Part shown: positions 33,380 through 47,619 of the stretch, piece by piece
How the letters are laid out: the number at the start of each line of letters is the position of its first letter
Numbering within the stretch: the first letter of the stretch is position 1
Assembly: GCA_052426225.1 (NCBI GenBank)
Contig: JBNJNM010000012.1
Coordinates: 496,001 to 560,000, forward strand
Direction: 5' to 3'
Source: Zancudomyces culisetae HAW-14-8
Lineage: Eukaryota; Fungi; Kickxellomycota
DNA length: 64,000 nt
Position numbers and translations under genes: made by a program
Notes under the pieces: generated by a model
Database searches by the model: none
What the model was told of the DNA's origin: nothing
The model's input: only the letters and a program-made list of their open reading frames with translations

Positions 33380-34482
33380 TAACGCATATGATTATTCTCA
33401 TAATTATTGTGAATAAATTTAATAGTATTATAATTTATTAAGTACGGCTATACCACCCTATATATATTTATAATTAAAATTATGAATCAAATATTGAGTA
33501 AAAATAAAATATTAACATTTATATTTTTGTTTTTGTTAAAATTGGTAGGTGATAAATTCGAGCATGGACAATTGTGTATACTAATTTAAAAAATTGTCGT
33601 CTGATATGGAATTTAAAATTTACAAAAAGGATAAGGTCTTTAAGCTTTACGAAAAATGTTAAAACTTGGCATTGACATTTATGTTTCATAGTTTGATTCC
33701 TAATCAAATCTAATAGATAATTACTTGAATATAATTAAAGTATTCATAAAATTTACATAATGTTTAAAGAAATTCCAGCAATGTTAATTACGTAGTTTAT
33801 AATTATATTTAATAATTTAATCTTATTATTAGAATGAGTAGTCACAATAGACTTGAATTATAAGAAATTATAATTTCAATATTTCTAAATTCTATATTGT
33901 AAAGGGTGTTAAATATCAATATGAATATAATAAACATTTTTTTATTTGAGAACAACTTGTATTTTTATTAGACAATTATCTGTTAGTTGATGTAAATTTT
34001 AGTCATAAAATTAAAGTAAATACATACAAATTTCTACCTTAATTAATTTCTTCAATAGGATTATACCTATCAATAAAATCAATAAATAAATTGTATAGTT
34101 CTATAAGGTTATTTGATTAATGTGTTGACAACATTTTACTTGTCCCCTAGATTAGCTTAATTATAAATAGAATTATTATATGATGATAATTAGGTAAAGG
34201 AATATATTGGTTTTAGTTTTGATATTATAATTCAATTTTATAAAAGTATTGTGTATCACCATTTGTGTCACCATAAAATTAATTATTTACAATTTGATAA
34301 TTTGGTAAAAGATATATAGGTGTTTATACAAGACACAAAAATGATATTCAAATATTTAACCTATAACTATATATATTCATAGTTATACTTTTACAATTAT
34401 TATACTGTTATAATAAATCGGATTGCTCTATTATCCTCTAATTGATTTCTTTGGATTTCGTAAACGAATAAAATACATTTAT

Positions 34483-34622
34483 TGTTATAGCCAATAATAT
34501 TACTTCTTATTACCCATAATTAATCTTAATATTTTATCTTCTATTTAATCATTTCGTCTATGCTTCGTTGTAATTCTCTAAGAATTACAACTTGTTTAAT
34601 CAATAAATCTCGTTCTGTGACA
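34483..34622 (+). repeat. 140-bp solo LTR of the TRIM family
   Basis: Reverse complement of the LTRs at 48136-48275 and 48774-48912. Flanks TTTAT/TTAAT. Confidence 0.85.
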
Positions 34623-37428
34623 TTAATATTCTAACACAATTATACTTATCGGTTTTTATCAATATTAATAAGAAATACTACATAAGTCTAATATATTTAT
34701 TATAGTATAATAATAATGTGGATTTTAACCAAATATTATATACAATTATTATATGTATTTGGAATCAAGTATATATTGTAATTTTATAGATTATTATTTT
34801 TTGTACACTAACATGTTATTAATTAATAATAAATATTAGACAACTAATTTGATAAATATCAACAATATATAAAATTCTCAAAAATCATCAATTAGTTAAT
34901 CGTTATATCTTCTGGCCATTAAAAAACCATTATAATAGCAATAATTAACATTTGTAAGAACCTATTCTGTTTCCAATCAATATTCAATATTATTGATTTT
35001 TGGTTTGATATCAAATTACAGCTATACTTTAACTTGATTGAGCATTGATTATATAGCATCATATGATGATGTTTTATTTAATTTTATTAAACTTTATTAT
35101 ACATTTATTTACTTTTTTATATATATTATTAATAATAGATATATTGTAATATAGATAGATAATAATAGTATATATTGATATACTTACTATTGATATGTTA
35201 GTGAATAGATAAAAATTATTATAAACTAATTTTTATATAACTATTTGATTCAAAATTAACATCAAATAACTTTATGACTTATTTAAAAATATTAAGAGGT
35301 TAACGAGCACAACAATAAAATTACTTTTATTTGAAACACCAATATACTCATAAGCTTATTTTAATACCATTCGTTAAAAATACCTTTGATTACTATCTTG
35401 AGAATAGAATAACACTAATTTTATAAAACCGCTTCTAGACATTCTTAAATCTAAAGTTTTTTAACTCACGTTCCAGATAAAAAATTTTTATTATGTATAT
35501 TTAAATATCAAACACATTATATAAATTGAATACTATAACTACATCATTCTTAAATACATATCGTAAAATTTTAGTTATGTATTAAATTATTATTTAAGTT
35601 ATGAACAATAATATAATTTAATGTATTTGTTATAGTTGGTTTTATCACTATCTATCACTGACATATACGTTAAATCTAATGTATTTTTAAAATGACTGCT
35701 ATATAAACCTATTTTATAAATACTAAACAACTAAAATATTTTAATGGCAAAAATTATCACCTGATTGGTCATGATCAATTATATTATGAGACTTTAGGTT
35801 ATAAATAGATTTATAATAATTAATATAATTTGTAATCTATATGACTATTTTATGTTAAATTGATAAATAATTGAAACATACTGTAAAACATGTTAATCAC
35901 GGTGATAAATAATATTTTGGTCATATAACAATTTATTCGATTTAAAATTAATTTATTGTTGACAGGGTAGATAATGCTTCAATAATATTGATTACCATTT
36001 GGTTGCCAAGGAAATAATATTTTGATTTATAAATTAATTTTAAAATATTAAGAAAAGGCAAAGCTAGAACTAGAAAAGGCAGAGCTAGAGCTAAAAAAAC
36101 ACCAATTACTCTACAACAGAATAACGAAACTAACTGAGGCTACAAGAAGTTTAGCTTAAATATGACAAGAAACTATCATTTATTAGCAAACATTTAAATT
36201 ATTCAATTATCTACCCTGGTACATACCAATTGATTGGACCTGGTACTGTTATCTTAATATTTACTTGGATTAATAATTCATAAATTCTATATAGGAATTA
36301 AATTATGCGGTAATCTATATTTCAAATTAATCTCGTGAATACTTAAATATTATAATATATAAAAAATAAATTTACTTTATTTTCTAATCAAACTTATAGA
36401 AAATCTAACAATAACAATTTATATTTGTAATAAATTAATATACAAATAGCAGTAGGTAAACATTCTATACTATATTAAATGATTCAATAGCGAATTTTAA
36501 TCATCCTAGTATTAATAAATTTGGGGTTAGACTTATAAATATTGTTATAATATGATTTATTAAATCATTTTTATTTAGGTTAAAACATAATTCCAATGCC
36601 AATGATGCTGAATCTAGTGTAAAGATTTTCTTATCGAAATTTCAAACATTAGAAGCCTATTTTATAATATCTGAAGATACATAGTATAAATTGATAACTT
36701 TATTAATTAATTATTAATTCTAAACAAAGTTATCTCTAAAATTTATATACATTAACTAAAAATCCGATATAATTATGATTTTTATCATATTTGTACCATT
36801 AATTTAAATAAAGTGTAAAAAACGATAATAACTACCGAATAATTCAAAGTTAAAAAATTAATTATAAAATCTATTATTAAACACAGTTAGTGACCGATAA
36901 ACTATCATTAAACGTAATTAGAGATAAATAAATATTTAACAGAAGCGAACTGAGATTTTGGTAGTTTTCGGATTAGAATATATTTTATAGTTGATATCAA
37001 GTCTATATAATAATATTAAACCTAATGACACACTAAATTACATTTATTCAAGTATTTACAAATTACCTATTAATGATTATTAATTATATGAAAAAATTTA
37101 AACATAAATACAAATGACGACCCAAAGCATAACTACAACCTATGCAGGTGTAGCCAAAACAAATCGTCAACCCATACTACTGAATTTCAACAGTAGAAGA
37201 GGGCTACTAAGGTAGTACAACCTACCTAAGAAAAAGTTTCGGTCATTCTTAGAATGACTGGGAAAATGCCCGAAAACCTCATCCTACGTTTAGGAGTAGG
37301 AGAGTGCAAAATAGGAATAAGCCTTGAGCACTTTGACTACAGAGTAGATGCCGCCTTAGAATGTATAGGGCGAGCCATCAACAACTGCGACGCGGACTAC
37401 GACATTGGTCCACAATCAAACATGCTGT

Positions 37429-37510
37429 TGTCACAGAACGAGTTTTATTAGTTAAACAGGTTGTAATTCTTAAGGAATTACAGCTAGGCAAATGTTATTA
37501 ATTAAATACT
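37429..37510 (-). repeat. Degenerate partial copy of the 140-bp LTR
   Basis: TGTCACAGAACGAG...TTGTAATTCTTAAGGAATTACA. Confidence 0.6.
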
Positions 37511-37600
37511 AAGTAAATATTAGAATAAATGTTATGGGAGGTTAGATGTCACCTGATTGGAGATGACATTATCCCCCTTTTAAAACCATTCAAAAGTAAT

Positions 37601-37850
37601 TGTGTTTGGCCTAATCGTAGGCTTCTCGCACTTTGCCCTAGTGGCCCGGTTCGAATCCCGTTGAGTACGATCCTCGGTGTAATTAATTATCGTAATTGGG
37701 AAGTGGTTTAGTCATCGGCAGGAATTTTATTGGTGTATGTGGGTTTCAGTGTCATAGTTACAATCTAGCTCCTCCAATAAATGACCGCTACGGTGATAAA
37801 ACCCAAATTGTGTTTCACATGGCCCAAGACGGTTCCTTATCGGTAATAGT
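37601..37850 (+). other. Possible tRNA-derived SINE or tRNA pseudogene
   Basis: A-box-like TGGCCTAATCG (37607-37617) and B box GGTTCGAATCC (37648-37658) at tRNA spacing. No proper anticodon arm; GC-richer tail. Confidence 0.4.
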
Positions 37851-38099
37851 ACTTTTATATTATTTTTATATATGTTATATAAATATATTGTTACTTTATA
37901 TCCCATTTTTGTTATTCAAGTTGATGTTATTTTTTGACTTTTTTATGAAATATATTTCAGTGTTCAATGTTTTTCATATTTTTTTGTTCTTAATTATATT
38001 TATTTTTTTTATTAATTTTATTAAAATTGATAGTTATGTTGGCTTTGAAATGAAATGAGAATGTAATTCTTTTATGAGTTGATTTGCTGATATATGTTA

Positions 38100-41000
38100 T
38101 TATATTTCCCAAGTTCGTTCATTTATATCGTATCCCTTCCAATGTATCAAGTAATATAGTTTATTTCTTATAAGTTTTGAATCGAGTATTTCCTCAATTT
38201 CATACTCTAATTCATTGTTGATAATAATGGGTTCCGGCGTGGCTGGTTGATCAGAAATCACTGGAGGTGAATATTTATCTAATAGTGAAACATGAAAGAC
38301 TGGATGTATTTTTATTGAGACGGGGAGGTCAAGTTTGTAGACTAAATCACTGAGCTTTTCTTTGATTCTGAATGGTCCAATTTTCTTATAATCCAGTTTT
38401 TTACTAGGCCTAGTAGTCTGAATATTCTTTGTTAGAAGCCAAACTTTTTCACCTATAGTATATTCAGGATTTTTTCTTCTTTTCTTGTCTGAAGAATTTT
38501 TGAATGTTGATGAAGCGAGAGTGATTTGCCTATTGGTTTCTTTCGAATATATGATGGATTTGATTGATTCTTTCTTCCACAGAAGGCATAACATGGCTAT
38601 TGATTAAGGGAGGATCAAAGCGTGGGTTAAATCCGTAGTTAATGAAGAACGGGGATGATCCAGTAGATTCGTGAGTAGAGTTGTTATAGGCAAATTCTGC
38701 CAATGGTAGAAGATCTGTCCAATTATCTTGTTGATATGACAAAAAACAACGGAGATACTGTTCCAGAGTCTGATTGACTCTTTCGGTCTGTCCATCAGTT
38801 TCAGGATGGAACGCTGTTGAGAGCTTAATTTTGACACCTAAAGTGTTGAAAAGAGCTTTCCAAAACTTTGATGCAAACTGAGAGCCTCGATCAGAGATGA
38901 TCTCTTCAGGTAAACCGTGGAGTCTGATGATGTTATTGAGGATGATTTCAGAAGTTTCCATAGATGAAGGCAGTTTCTTTAGTGGTATAAAATGGCTCAT
39001 TTTACTGAACCGATCTACAACCACTAAAATTGTAGTATTCCTTTTTGAAAGGGGCAAATCTGTGATGAAATCCATTGAAATAGATTTCCATGGCGAATCA
39101 GGAGCGGGTAGTGGCTGAAGAAGTCCTTGTTTTTTCTTCCTTGATGTCTTGGATCGGTTGCATCTGTCGCAACCTGCGATGAATTCCTTGACTGAACGGT
39201 GCATATGTGGGAACCAGAAGTCTCTTTTAGTAGTTCTACTGTCTTTTTGTATCCATAGTGGCCTGTCAACTTGCTATCATGCCTTGAACTGATCACTTTA
39301 AATACTGATGCTTTAGGTACCACTACTAAATCTCCCAGAGTAATGAGATTGTCTGGTGTTGATCCTACAGCAAAATGTTTTTTAGCTGCTTCTGTTTCTG
39401 CCCTTTTAGTTAGTTCTATTCGCTCGTTTTGTGTTTGTAGGACGAGATCATCTAGGAGAAACGGATTGGTGGTTATTAGACTATCGATAAAAACTGAGGC
39501 TGGGAGTATTGTTTTGTCTTGTAAGGCGCGGTCATGATCCAAGTAACGCGATAAAATGTCAGACTTTCCACCAAGCTTTCCAGGCCTATAGGTGATCACA
39601 AAGTCGTATCTGCTGAACTCCAATGACCATCTTGCATGTCGCCTATTGAGGACCTTTGAAGTCTTGAAGGTTTCAAGGTTTTTATGGTCTGTCAAAACGA
39701 TGAACTGGTGTTGAGCTCCTTCTAGGTAGTGTCTCCATTCCTTAAGAGCCTTCACTATTCCTAGTAATTCCTTGTCATAAACATTATAATTAAGCTCGGC
39801 TGCCTTGAGTTTGTAGGAATAATAAGCACAGGGGCGGAAGTCACCTTTCTCATCGGCTTGAGACAGAATTGCACCAATGGCATAGTCTGAGGCGTCAGTC
39901 TCAACTATGAATTGCTTTCCAGGATCAGGATACTGTAACACGGGTGAAGTCGTGAGCATGGTTTTCAGTGTGTCATATGACTTTTGCTGATCAGGACCCC
40001 AAATAAACCTGGTGTCTTTCTTCAGCAGATTGGTCATCGGCAACGTAATCTGGGCATATTCAGGAATGAATTTCCGGTAATAGTTGGCGAATCCCAGGAC
40101 AGATTGGATATCCTTGCAATCCTTTGGAACCTTCCATTTGTGGATTGACTGAATCTTGGCTGGATCTGTACTGATTCCATTTGAAGTCACGCGGTGTCCT
40201 AAGAAATCCACTTCCTGTTTATGGAATTCGCATTTTTCCAAGTTGCAGTACAATCCATTTGTTAACAATTTTGCTAAAACTTTGTTTACATGGCTGATGT
40301 GGTCCTGGAAATTGTCGGAAAAAATCAGAATGTCATCAAGGTAAGCGATGGCGTAACGATCAAGCACATCTCTTAGAACATCATTGATGAAATGTTGGAA
40401 GGTCGCGGGCGCATTTGTCAGGCCAAAAGGCATGACATTGTATTCAAAATGTCCATAGCGGCATCTGAACGCGGTCTTCCATTCGTCCCCCTTCCTGATC
40501 CTGACTAGATTATAAGCACCTTTCAAATCTAGTTTGGTGAAATATTTGGCAGATCTAAGCCTATCAAAGGCTTCATCGATCCTGGGCAAAGGGTATCTGT
40601 TTTTTATAGTCATATCGTTGAGCTTACGATAGTCTACACAAAGGCGGAGGTCACCAGATTTCTTCTTAACGAACATTATTGGCGCTCCAGCAGAGGATTT
40701 GGACTTTCTGATGAATCCATTTGCTAAATTTTCTTTTATGTAGTCACGAAGCGTCTGGAGTTCCCTTTCAGATAATGGGTAAATAGGGCCCCATGGTGGT
40801 TTAGATTCATTTTTGATGTCGATTTGGCAGTCATATGATCTGCGAGGAGGGAGTTTAGAGGCTAGGGATAGGTCAAATACCTTGGCTAGGGAGGCATGTT
40901 CAGGTGGGATTTGAGGAATGAGATTGTTATTTGCTGAATGTTTTTCCGTGATTGGCTGTAACTGTGGAATTTCAGAAATTACGCGACTGATTGGTTTAAA

Positions 41001-42194
41001 ATTTTTTGTCCTTAATGTTTTTTTGTTTATTGGTTTTTTTGTTGTCTTTTTTATATAATTATTTGGTTGAATCGGAATAGTAAGAAGTGGCATTCCTATG
41101 TCAAATGCGGAAGAAACAGGTTCAGGTGGTGTCAAATCTGGTTGGGCTGAAATATCGTGAGCTGGTGTACTGAGAATCTCAGGAGTAATAGGTGTACTTG
41201 GGTAAAAAGTTACTGGAGGTGGTAAATTTACCATTGGTGGGGGACGTCCCAGGCGAGGTGAAATACTCTCGCGAGTGTGGTAATAACGGATTTGAGGTGA
41301 GGTTACGGTGGAAGTCAATGAACGTTCGGAATCGAAATCTGAATGGTATGCGGATAAATGGCTGTCATCTGACTGGTAGGCTTCCAAATTATGGTTTGTC
41401 TGTTGGATTGGGACTTGTGGCTGCCTGAGTGATGCGGTTATTTCGGTAATTTGCTGTAATACGTTGCTTGGGTTCAAATTTTGCCAATGTATTGCTTCAG
41501 GTTGAGTATCATAGAATCTTCCGAGATCATCATCGGATTCGCTCTCTGAAGATGTATCATTTTCCGAATAGCCATCCGAATCATCTTGGCTTATATCTTC
41601 TGAGTCCATGCTGTAATCTGATCCTGATACGCTCATTCTGTCAACCTTATTTTCTTCATCTAATACTAATTTATCATCCATCAGCTGACTTAGTTTTTTG
41701 ATGTCGTTTTTTGAAATTCTGCGGTTCGGATCAATATTAAGATTGTTTACGGCTATAGGCTTAGTAGTGTGGGTTTTTGTATCCATTGTCAGCTTTTTCC
41801 AGTTGATATCAGGGTTATGTTTTTGTAACCATGGAAGGCCTAATACAATTTCGGCATGAGTGGCGGGTATCACGTATAGGTCCGAGGTGAAGTGGTATTT
41901 ATCCTTGGTACTGAGCTTGATGTTCCGGACTACTGCATTGATACCTGAATTTGTGAGTGGTTTCCCATCAATAGTTTCTACGGGAATCGGGGTTTTCAGA
42001 TTTTCTATGGGCAAGGCTAATTGCTTTACGAGGTTTAGACTAATAAAATTTTCAGAAGCACCAGAATCAATTAGTGCATTAACTGTTATTAAGTTATTTA
42101 AAATAAACTTTATTAAAAATTTATTAGCTTGGAATCCCTGTAAGGTGAGCCCCAGTAATACCTTGCCGGTTATTCCTGGGGTTCGACGTTTAAA
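38100..42194 (-). pseudogene. Chromovirus pol (PR-RT-RH-IN-chromodomain), frameshifted in IN
   Basis: ORF pieces 39024-42269, 38530-39204 and 38100-38594. Confidence 0.88.
42140..42194 (-). promoter_or_regulatory. -1 programmed ribosomal frameshift signal
   Basis: T TTA AAC in the gag frame, a 6-nt spacer, then a CCCCAG/CTGGGG stem. Pol is in the -1 frame. Confidence 0.75.
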
Positions 42195-42610
42195 TTTGGC
42201 TCTGATGGTCTTGGGACACGTAACTGACAATTTCTCAATATGTGGCCGGGTTGACCACAATAAATGCATAAACTGTTGAGGATCCGTTTCTGGCGTTCTT
42301 CAGTTGTCAACGGTCCTCTAGGCTTTGGGATTACGGCATCAATATCCATTGGTTCTGGGGTCTCAGGGCGGTACTGTCTTGGCTGGCGCTGGAAGTTCTG
42401 GTTCTGGTACGCGTGTTGCTGAAACTGATTTTGCTGGTAATTTGGGAACGGCTTGTTCATTGGCTGAAATGGTCTGGGCTGTCTTGGAAGCGGGTTTGCT
42501 GCTGGATATGGACTTCTGAACTCGGATCTGTTCATATAGCTGAGGTTGGAATTAATTGTGTTTTCCAACTCAACTACTAGAGTTATTACTTCATCCAACT
42601 TTTCTGGCAT
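42170..42610 (-). CDS. Chromovirus gag C-terminal part (5'-truncated)
   Basis: PMDID motif and CCHC zinc knuckle. Confidence 0.8.
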   Translation of the reverse strand: MPEKLDEVITLVVELENTINSNLSYMNRSEFRSPYPAANPLPRQPRPFQPMNKPFPNYQQNQFQQHAYQNQNFQRQPRQYRPETPEPMDIDAVIPKPRGPLTTEERQKRILNSLCIYCGQPGHILRNCQLRVPRPSEPNLNVEPQE

Positions 42611-42619
42611 TTTTGTTAG

Positions 42620-42980
42620 AACTAGATATATTTTATTTAATGAACTTGATTTAAGAAAAAAATTAACTTTATTAAACTATAAGGAATGTTTTTCACTGAC
42701 AATTTCCACAACGAACTTCGTTGGGTTATATACTTTTTCATCATTAAAAATTTCATCAAAAATAACCAAGGTTGCGAAACCTAGTTTATTGAAGAGTATA
42801 ATTTCTTACTCGATAAACATTCAAGGAGTTCGACCCTTGATTAGTTTCATGATTATCAAATTGGTATTTAGCTTACTTTGAGTTGTATTAATTTATGTTT
42901 ACCATATCTGTTACTTGAAAATTGAATTGGTAATTTATTTATGTTGATTTCTTGTTAAATTTATGTAACTTTATTAATGT
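42620..42980. repeat. Second copy of the ~360-bp hairpin-rich repeat
   Basis: Homologous to 32075-32440; abuts the truncated gag. Confidence 0.75.
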
Positions 42981-43611
42981 ATAATCAACAAATTGATTAA
43001 TATCAACAAGTAGAAATAAACGTATCTATACAGTTATTATATAACTAAGTAGTTCTTAAACATTATTCAAATAGCTCATCTCAATGACTATAATCAACAT
43101 GTTTCAAAATTTCTTATTGATAGGCAATCCGGATAATTAAATCATATTGTTTCTAGTGAATTTGCTACGCAATTTTATAAGTATAAACTTGTGTATAAAA
43201 TACAAAAATTGATAATCATGGCTATATAATACTGATAGTTTAGATTGCTAAACTGACATATACATTTATTATAATCCATTAGAATCTAAACTGGTTATTC
43301 ATGATTGTATCTAAAATAATTATACTGTCGTTATACAATAATATTTATGGAAAAATATAAAATAATGACAATACATCGTATAATATATTTTACTATAGTT
43401 TAAATAGATTCCGTTTATATATGTATCGACATGATTCTTAGTTAAAAATTTTTGATATTAGATTATATTATAATTAATATATAATTATCATAAGACCATA
43501 TACTAAAATATATATAGGAATATTTTTAATTCTATAAGTTCTAGATTCAAATGTGTCGGCAAGACAATTATAAAATTGTCTTGATTTTGACAAACACTTA
43601 TGCTCCGTTTA

Positions 43612-45116
43612 TCATATTTTTTCGACTTTGTACGGCCCTTTCCAAATTAATTGAAATTTCGTTTTTTCGCCTTCGATGTACTTCAAAACAATGTCGTTTT
43701 TCCTAAATAATTTTTCCTTAACTTTTTTGTCGTAATATCCATTCTGTTTCAACTTCTTCACTTCCGAATTTTCCAAGCCTAGTTCTCGAATTTGCTTAAG
43801 CCCGGTGCTAAGGAATTCTATTCTGTGGTGCACTAACTCGTTCCTGGTGTCGATTAGATTCGTGGGAGTCCAGTTGTGTGCCATAGTTAGATCCTTTCCG
43901 TATAGTAGTTCCGCCGGTGTAAATCCAGTCGTCTTACTGCTCAGAGTCCTTAGTATTAGCAGTGTCTTCCAAAGGTAGGTATCCCAGTTAAGATATTCTT
44001 CATCTATTTGTTTAGCCATTATTGACTTTATAGATCGGTTTAATCTTTCAACCTGTCCGTTGCTCTGGGGTCGTTATCCTGAGGTAGGCGTATGCTTTAT
44101 GCTCAACCACTTGTATCTGCCTTGATTGCTTCAGACTTGAAACTTGAACATTGGTCTGTAATTAATTGGGTCGGGAATCCATAGTCCATAACTATTTTGT
44201 ATATAATGAAATTAATAATTGTACTACTAAGTAGGTTAGGAACCGGTAAAGCTACTGGCCATTTGGTGCAGTAGTCGATAGCAGTCAGAATATATCGGTT
44301 TCCATTTTTCGATACTGGGTTAATTGGACCCATAGCATCGATCCCCATATCTCGAAGGGTTTATTTCCTTCTACTGTATTCAGGTAATTTTTCTTGCTTT
44401 TTTTCCCTTTAAATAGTTGACAACTTCACAACTTTTAACTATATCTTTCGTTATTTTAAATAAATTCTATCCATAAAACAAGTGTTTAATTTGTTTGTAA
44501 GTATTCTCTACTCCTTCATGAGTCTCTAAATGAATCTTACTAACTTCTTCATTAGCATTATGAGTATTTAATACTATTTTTTCAGTATTCCCAATTCGTA
44601 TATATAATTTATCCTCTTTAAGTAAATATTATTTCATTGTGTGGGTACCTCCAGTTCGTATTTTCGCGGCATGGTTTCCTGGTATAGTAACTGAATATAA
44701 TATGTTATACACTATGTTCTAATATTCACTTAGCTCTAAGCAATTTAGCTCTATAAATTCTGCTATGCGATCGTTTTGTCTATACTATTTCGGTTGTTAA
44801 TCTGGATATCTGTCTGCAGGGTTTTTCTTTCCTGGTAGGTGCTGAATTTCTTAATCATAGTTCCGTAGTAGCATAGCCCATCTGCTACTCTTCCAGTAAG
44901 CTCTTTCCCGTTGAACAGATTTAACAAGCTTTTGTGATCTTTAATATTATAAATCTTGCCCCCATACAAAATATTTAAATTTACTACAGCCCAAACGACA
45001 GCTAGCCCTTCCAGGTGGCTAATTGAGTAATTTCTCTCGTGTTTGGTCGTTTTTTTGATGTATATCTTATAGGTCTCCTGATTCGTACCCATAGGACAGT
45101 ATGGCTTCAATCTCAT
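43612..45116 (-). pseudogene. Decayed RNase H-integrase relic of the E1-E4 lineage
   Basis: NYSISHLEGLAVVWAV, GIDAMGPINPVSKNGNRYILTAIDY and WKGPY, with many frameshifts. Confidence 0.85.
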
Positions 45117-47619
45117 TAATGGAAACGTATATCGATATGATAAATTTTAATTTAATTAGGGTGGGCAACACCGGTGCGACGAGAATGCTTGATTTATTTA
45201 ATCCAGTTACTTCGTAATGTTTTGAGACATGGAATTTTATTTTTATTTTATGTACGGTTAAAGGTATGCAAATCATGCAAAAATAATATTAAAATCCTAC
45301 TAAAGTCATATACTAAAATGACTGGACTACTATCACATTTTAGGTGACAATAGTTTTTTACTGCAGTTTGTATACTTAACATATACCGAATCCATCATTT
45401 ATTCCAGTAAGTACTAGTGTGTTATTTCATTCATTTCTATAACACAATAGTCTTTGTGTATTTGGTTAATATATTGTATGTCAGGAAACTAATATATTCT
45501 AGTTGCTTAACTTAATGTTCCCAAGTTTGGATTCAAGGTAATTACGTATATCTAAAAGTTAAAGTTAATACTCAAATATAATATTACATACTGCCAAGTA
45601 TTCCATATGTCAAAAGTCTGTATTTTAAATAAAAATTTCTATAAAAATAATGTATTCAAGTTTAAAATTTGTATAATTATAAACGAAACAAATAATTTTT
45701 TTAAAACTATGACGAATATTTAATCAATAAGATATAAGATACATAACTATTTTAATGTAAATAATTTTTAAAATATTTTTATCATTGAGAATAAAATTTA
45801 CAATTTAATACAAAACTTTTAATCATCATAAAATTCACTCAAAATTTATATAAATGTATAAAAATAATACGTTGACTCCATAATTATATAAAACATATTT
45901 TTGGTCTAGTAAAAATATTATTTATTTACATTCTAAATAATAATTTAGTATAAGAAACTTAGTGGAGTAATTGTTGATATAATTAACAGTAAGTATTTTT
46001 AAACATTGTAAATTGGAAAAATTGGCTAAAATGTGATGAACATTTTAGTCTACTTCCACAATTTAACCAGAATGAGGCCAGTAAAGGTTACCACCAGCAA
46101 CGATAAAAATCCCTGTGATCATTTAGGCTGACTGACCCACAAACTCCAAAGCTAATGAAAGTCGACGCCTTAGTTCCCTTGTCTAGAGGACCGTTGAATT
46201 CTGAAAAGACAATATCATATCATCAACAGCCTCAGTTTCTACTGTGTACAGCCGGGCCAATTTTAATAAATTTCCTACCATGTATATTAGGATGTCGCAA
46301 CGCCTATAAAAGTCGACCAGAAATAGCTGGCGAATTAATATTGGGATTAACTATAATATATTAAATTATTTATAAGTTAGTAAGCTACAGATATTTAATA
46401 TTTCGATTGTTTATCAAACAGTTGTTTTGATTGACTATATTTAATATTATAGTTACTATATAAACTAGATTAATAGATATAAAGTTTATAAAAAGCTTTG
46501 ATATCGGTTAAATAAAAACTAATAAACTGTTTAATGATTCCTATTTGTTTGTGCCATATTTTACCCACTCTTATGGGTTTTTTTAAGTGGAAAATAAAAT
46601 ATTAAAATTAAATTAGTACAATTGTATACAAATGTCCGATATCTTTAAATTTAATTTAAATAACTATAAAAATCGTTTATATATAATTTGTTTATAACAA
46701 AACAATATCGAGAAATTTTCGATACTAAAAATTATTTATACTGAAACAAGTTCTTAAGTTTTTTAAATTGTTGTAATTTACACTTAAGCTCAAGCTCATA
46801 ATAGAAACAGCTCTTGCTGTGTCGGAACGGTTAAGTGATAAAGGGGAGTTCAAACTGTGGGTGGTTTTAGGTTCCAATGGGAAGTAGAATATGGTGACAT
46901 TTCCTGGCGCCCCACTCAGTTAAAATCTCTGGATCTTTATATTATAACCATGTACGGTGCCTTATCGCTAGTTTTAAGTCTAGGATAACACGGGAGTTTT
47001 TAAAGAGGTTAGAAAACTTAAGGTTTCACAACTGAGGACATTCTATTGGATAAATTAAAGATTCAGAATAAAATTATATAATAGGTTTTGGGGCATAACA
47101 TTACCCTTCTTCCAATGAACTGTCTGAGAAAATTATTTGTGTTGTTTGTTGATTCAGATAAATTTTATTTTTATCTGAACTAAAATATTTTTGGAATAAT
47201 ATTTTCGTCGAAAAAAAAAAATATTTATACGAAATTTCTAAAAAATATATTGAGAAATTATAATTAGTGGTTTTTCTTGAAGTTTTTGTCAATTATTTAT
47301 TGCCAATTTGGTGATCCAAGCTAATTGTTTGTGGTTCACAAGTTGGAATTTTCCGGTACTCGGTGTGAGGCGTCGGCAGGTGAGCGATGCTAGGAAGAGG
47401 GAAGGTCAAGTTTGAGCCTATTGGTTCAAAGCACTTTATGTGCGGCACATCGGTGCATGGTCACAATCGAGCGTCTATTAGCTGGATCGTAACCCTTTTG
47501 GGCTTCTTAGCTAGCTAAGATCATGTTATCATGTGGTCTGTAACGGTATCTTATGGCAACCGAAAATTTTTTCTTTTTTTTATGGTTTTTACTAAACAGT
47601 GGGTAGTTATTATCCTTTG

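Larger units (their letters stand above)
38100..42618 (-). mobile_element. Truncated chromovirus (Tf/Tcn-like Ty3/gypsy) internal region; no LTRs seen
   Basis: Gag PEPMDID and [14 protein letters not shown], protease LIDSGA, RT YLDDIL, RNase H ETDAS, integrase ISMDFITDLP/SDRG/ETDGQTERVN, chromodomain EYEIEEILDS...YLIHWKGY...TWE. Confidence 0.93.

Noticed and set aside
30000-37000. Short ORFs in AT-rich DNA (30578-30769, 33519-33707)
   Set aside because: Low-complexity Ile/Phe/Tyr-rich translations typical of non-coding AT-rich sequence.
37110-37428. Possible LINE ORF1 or other coding relic (MTTQSITTTYAGVAK...)
   Set aside because: Too short and disrupted to assign.
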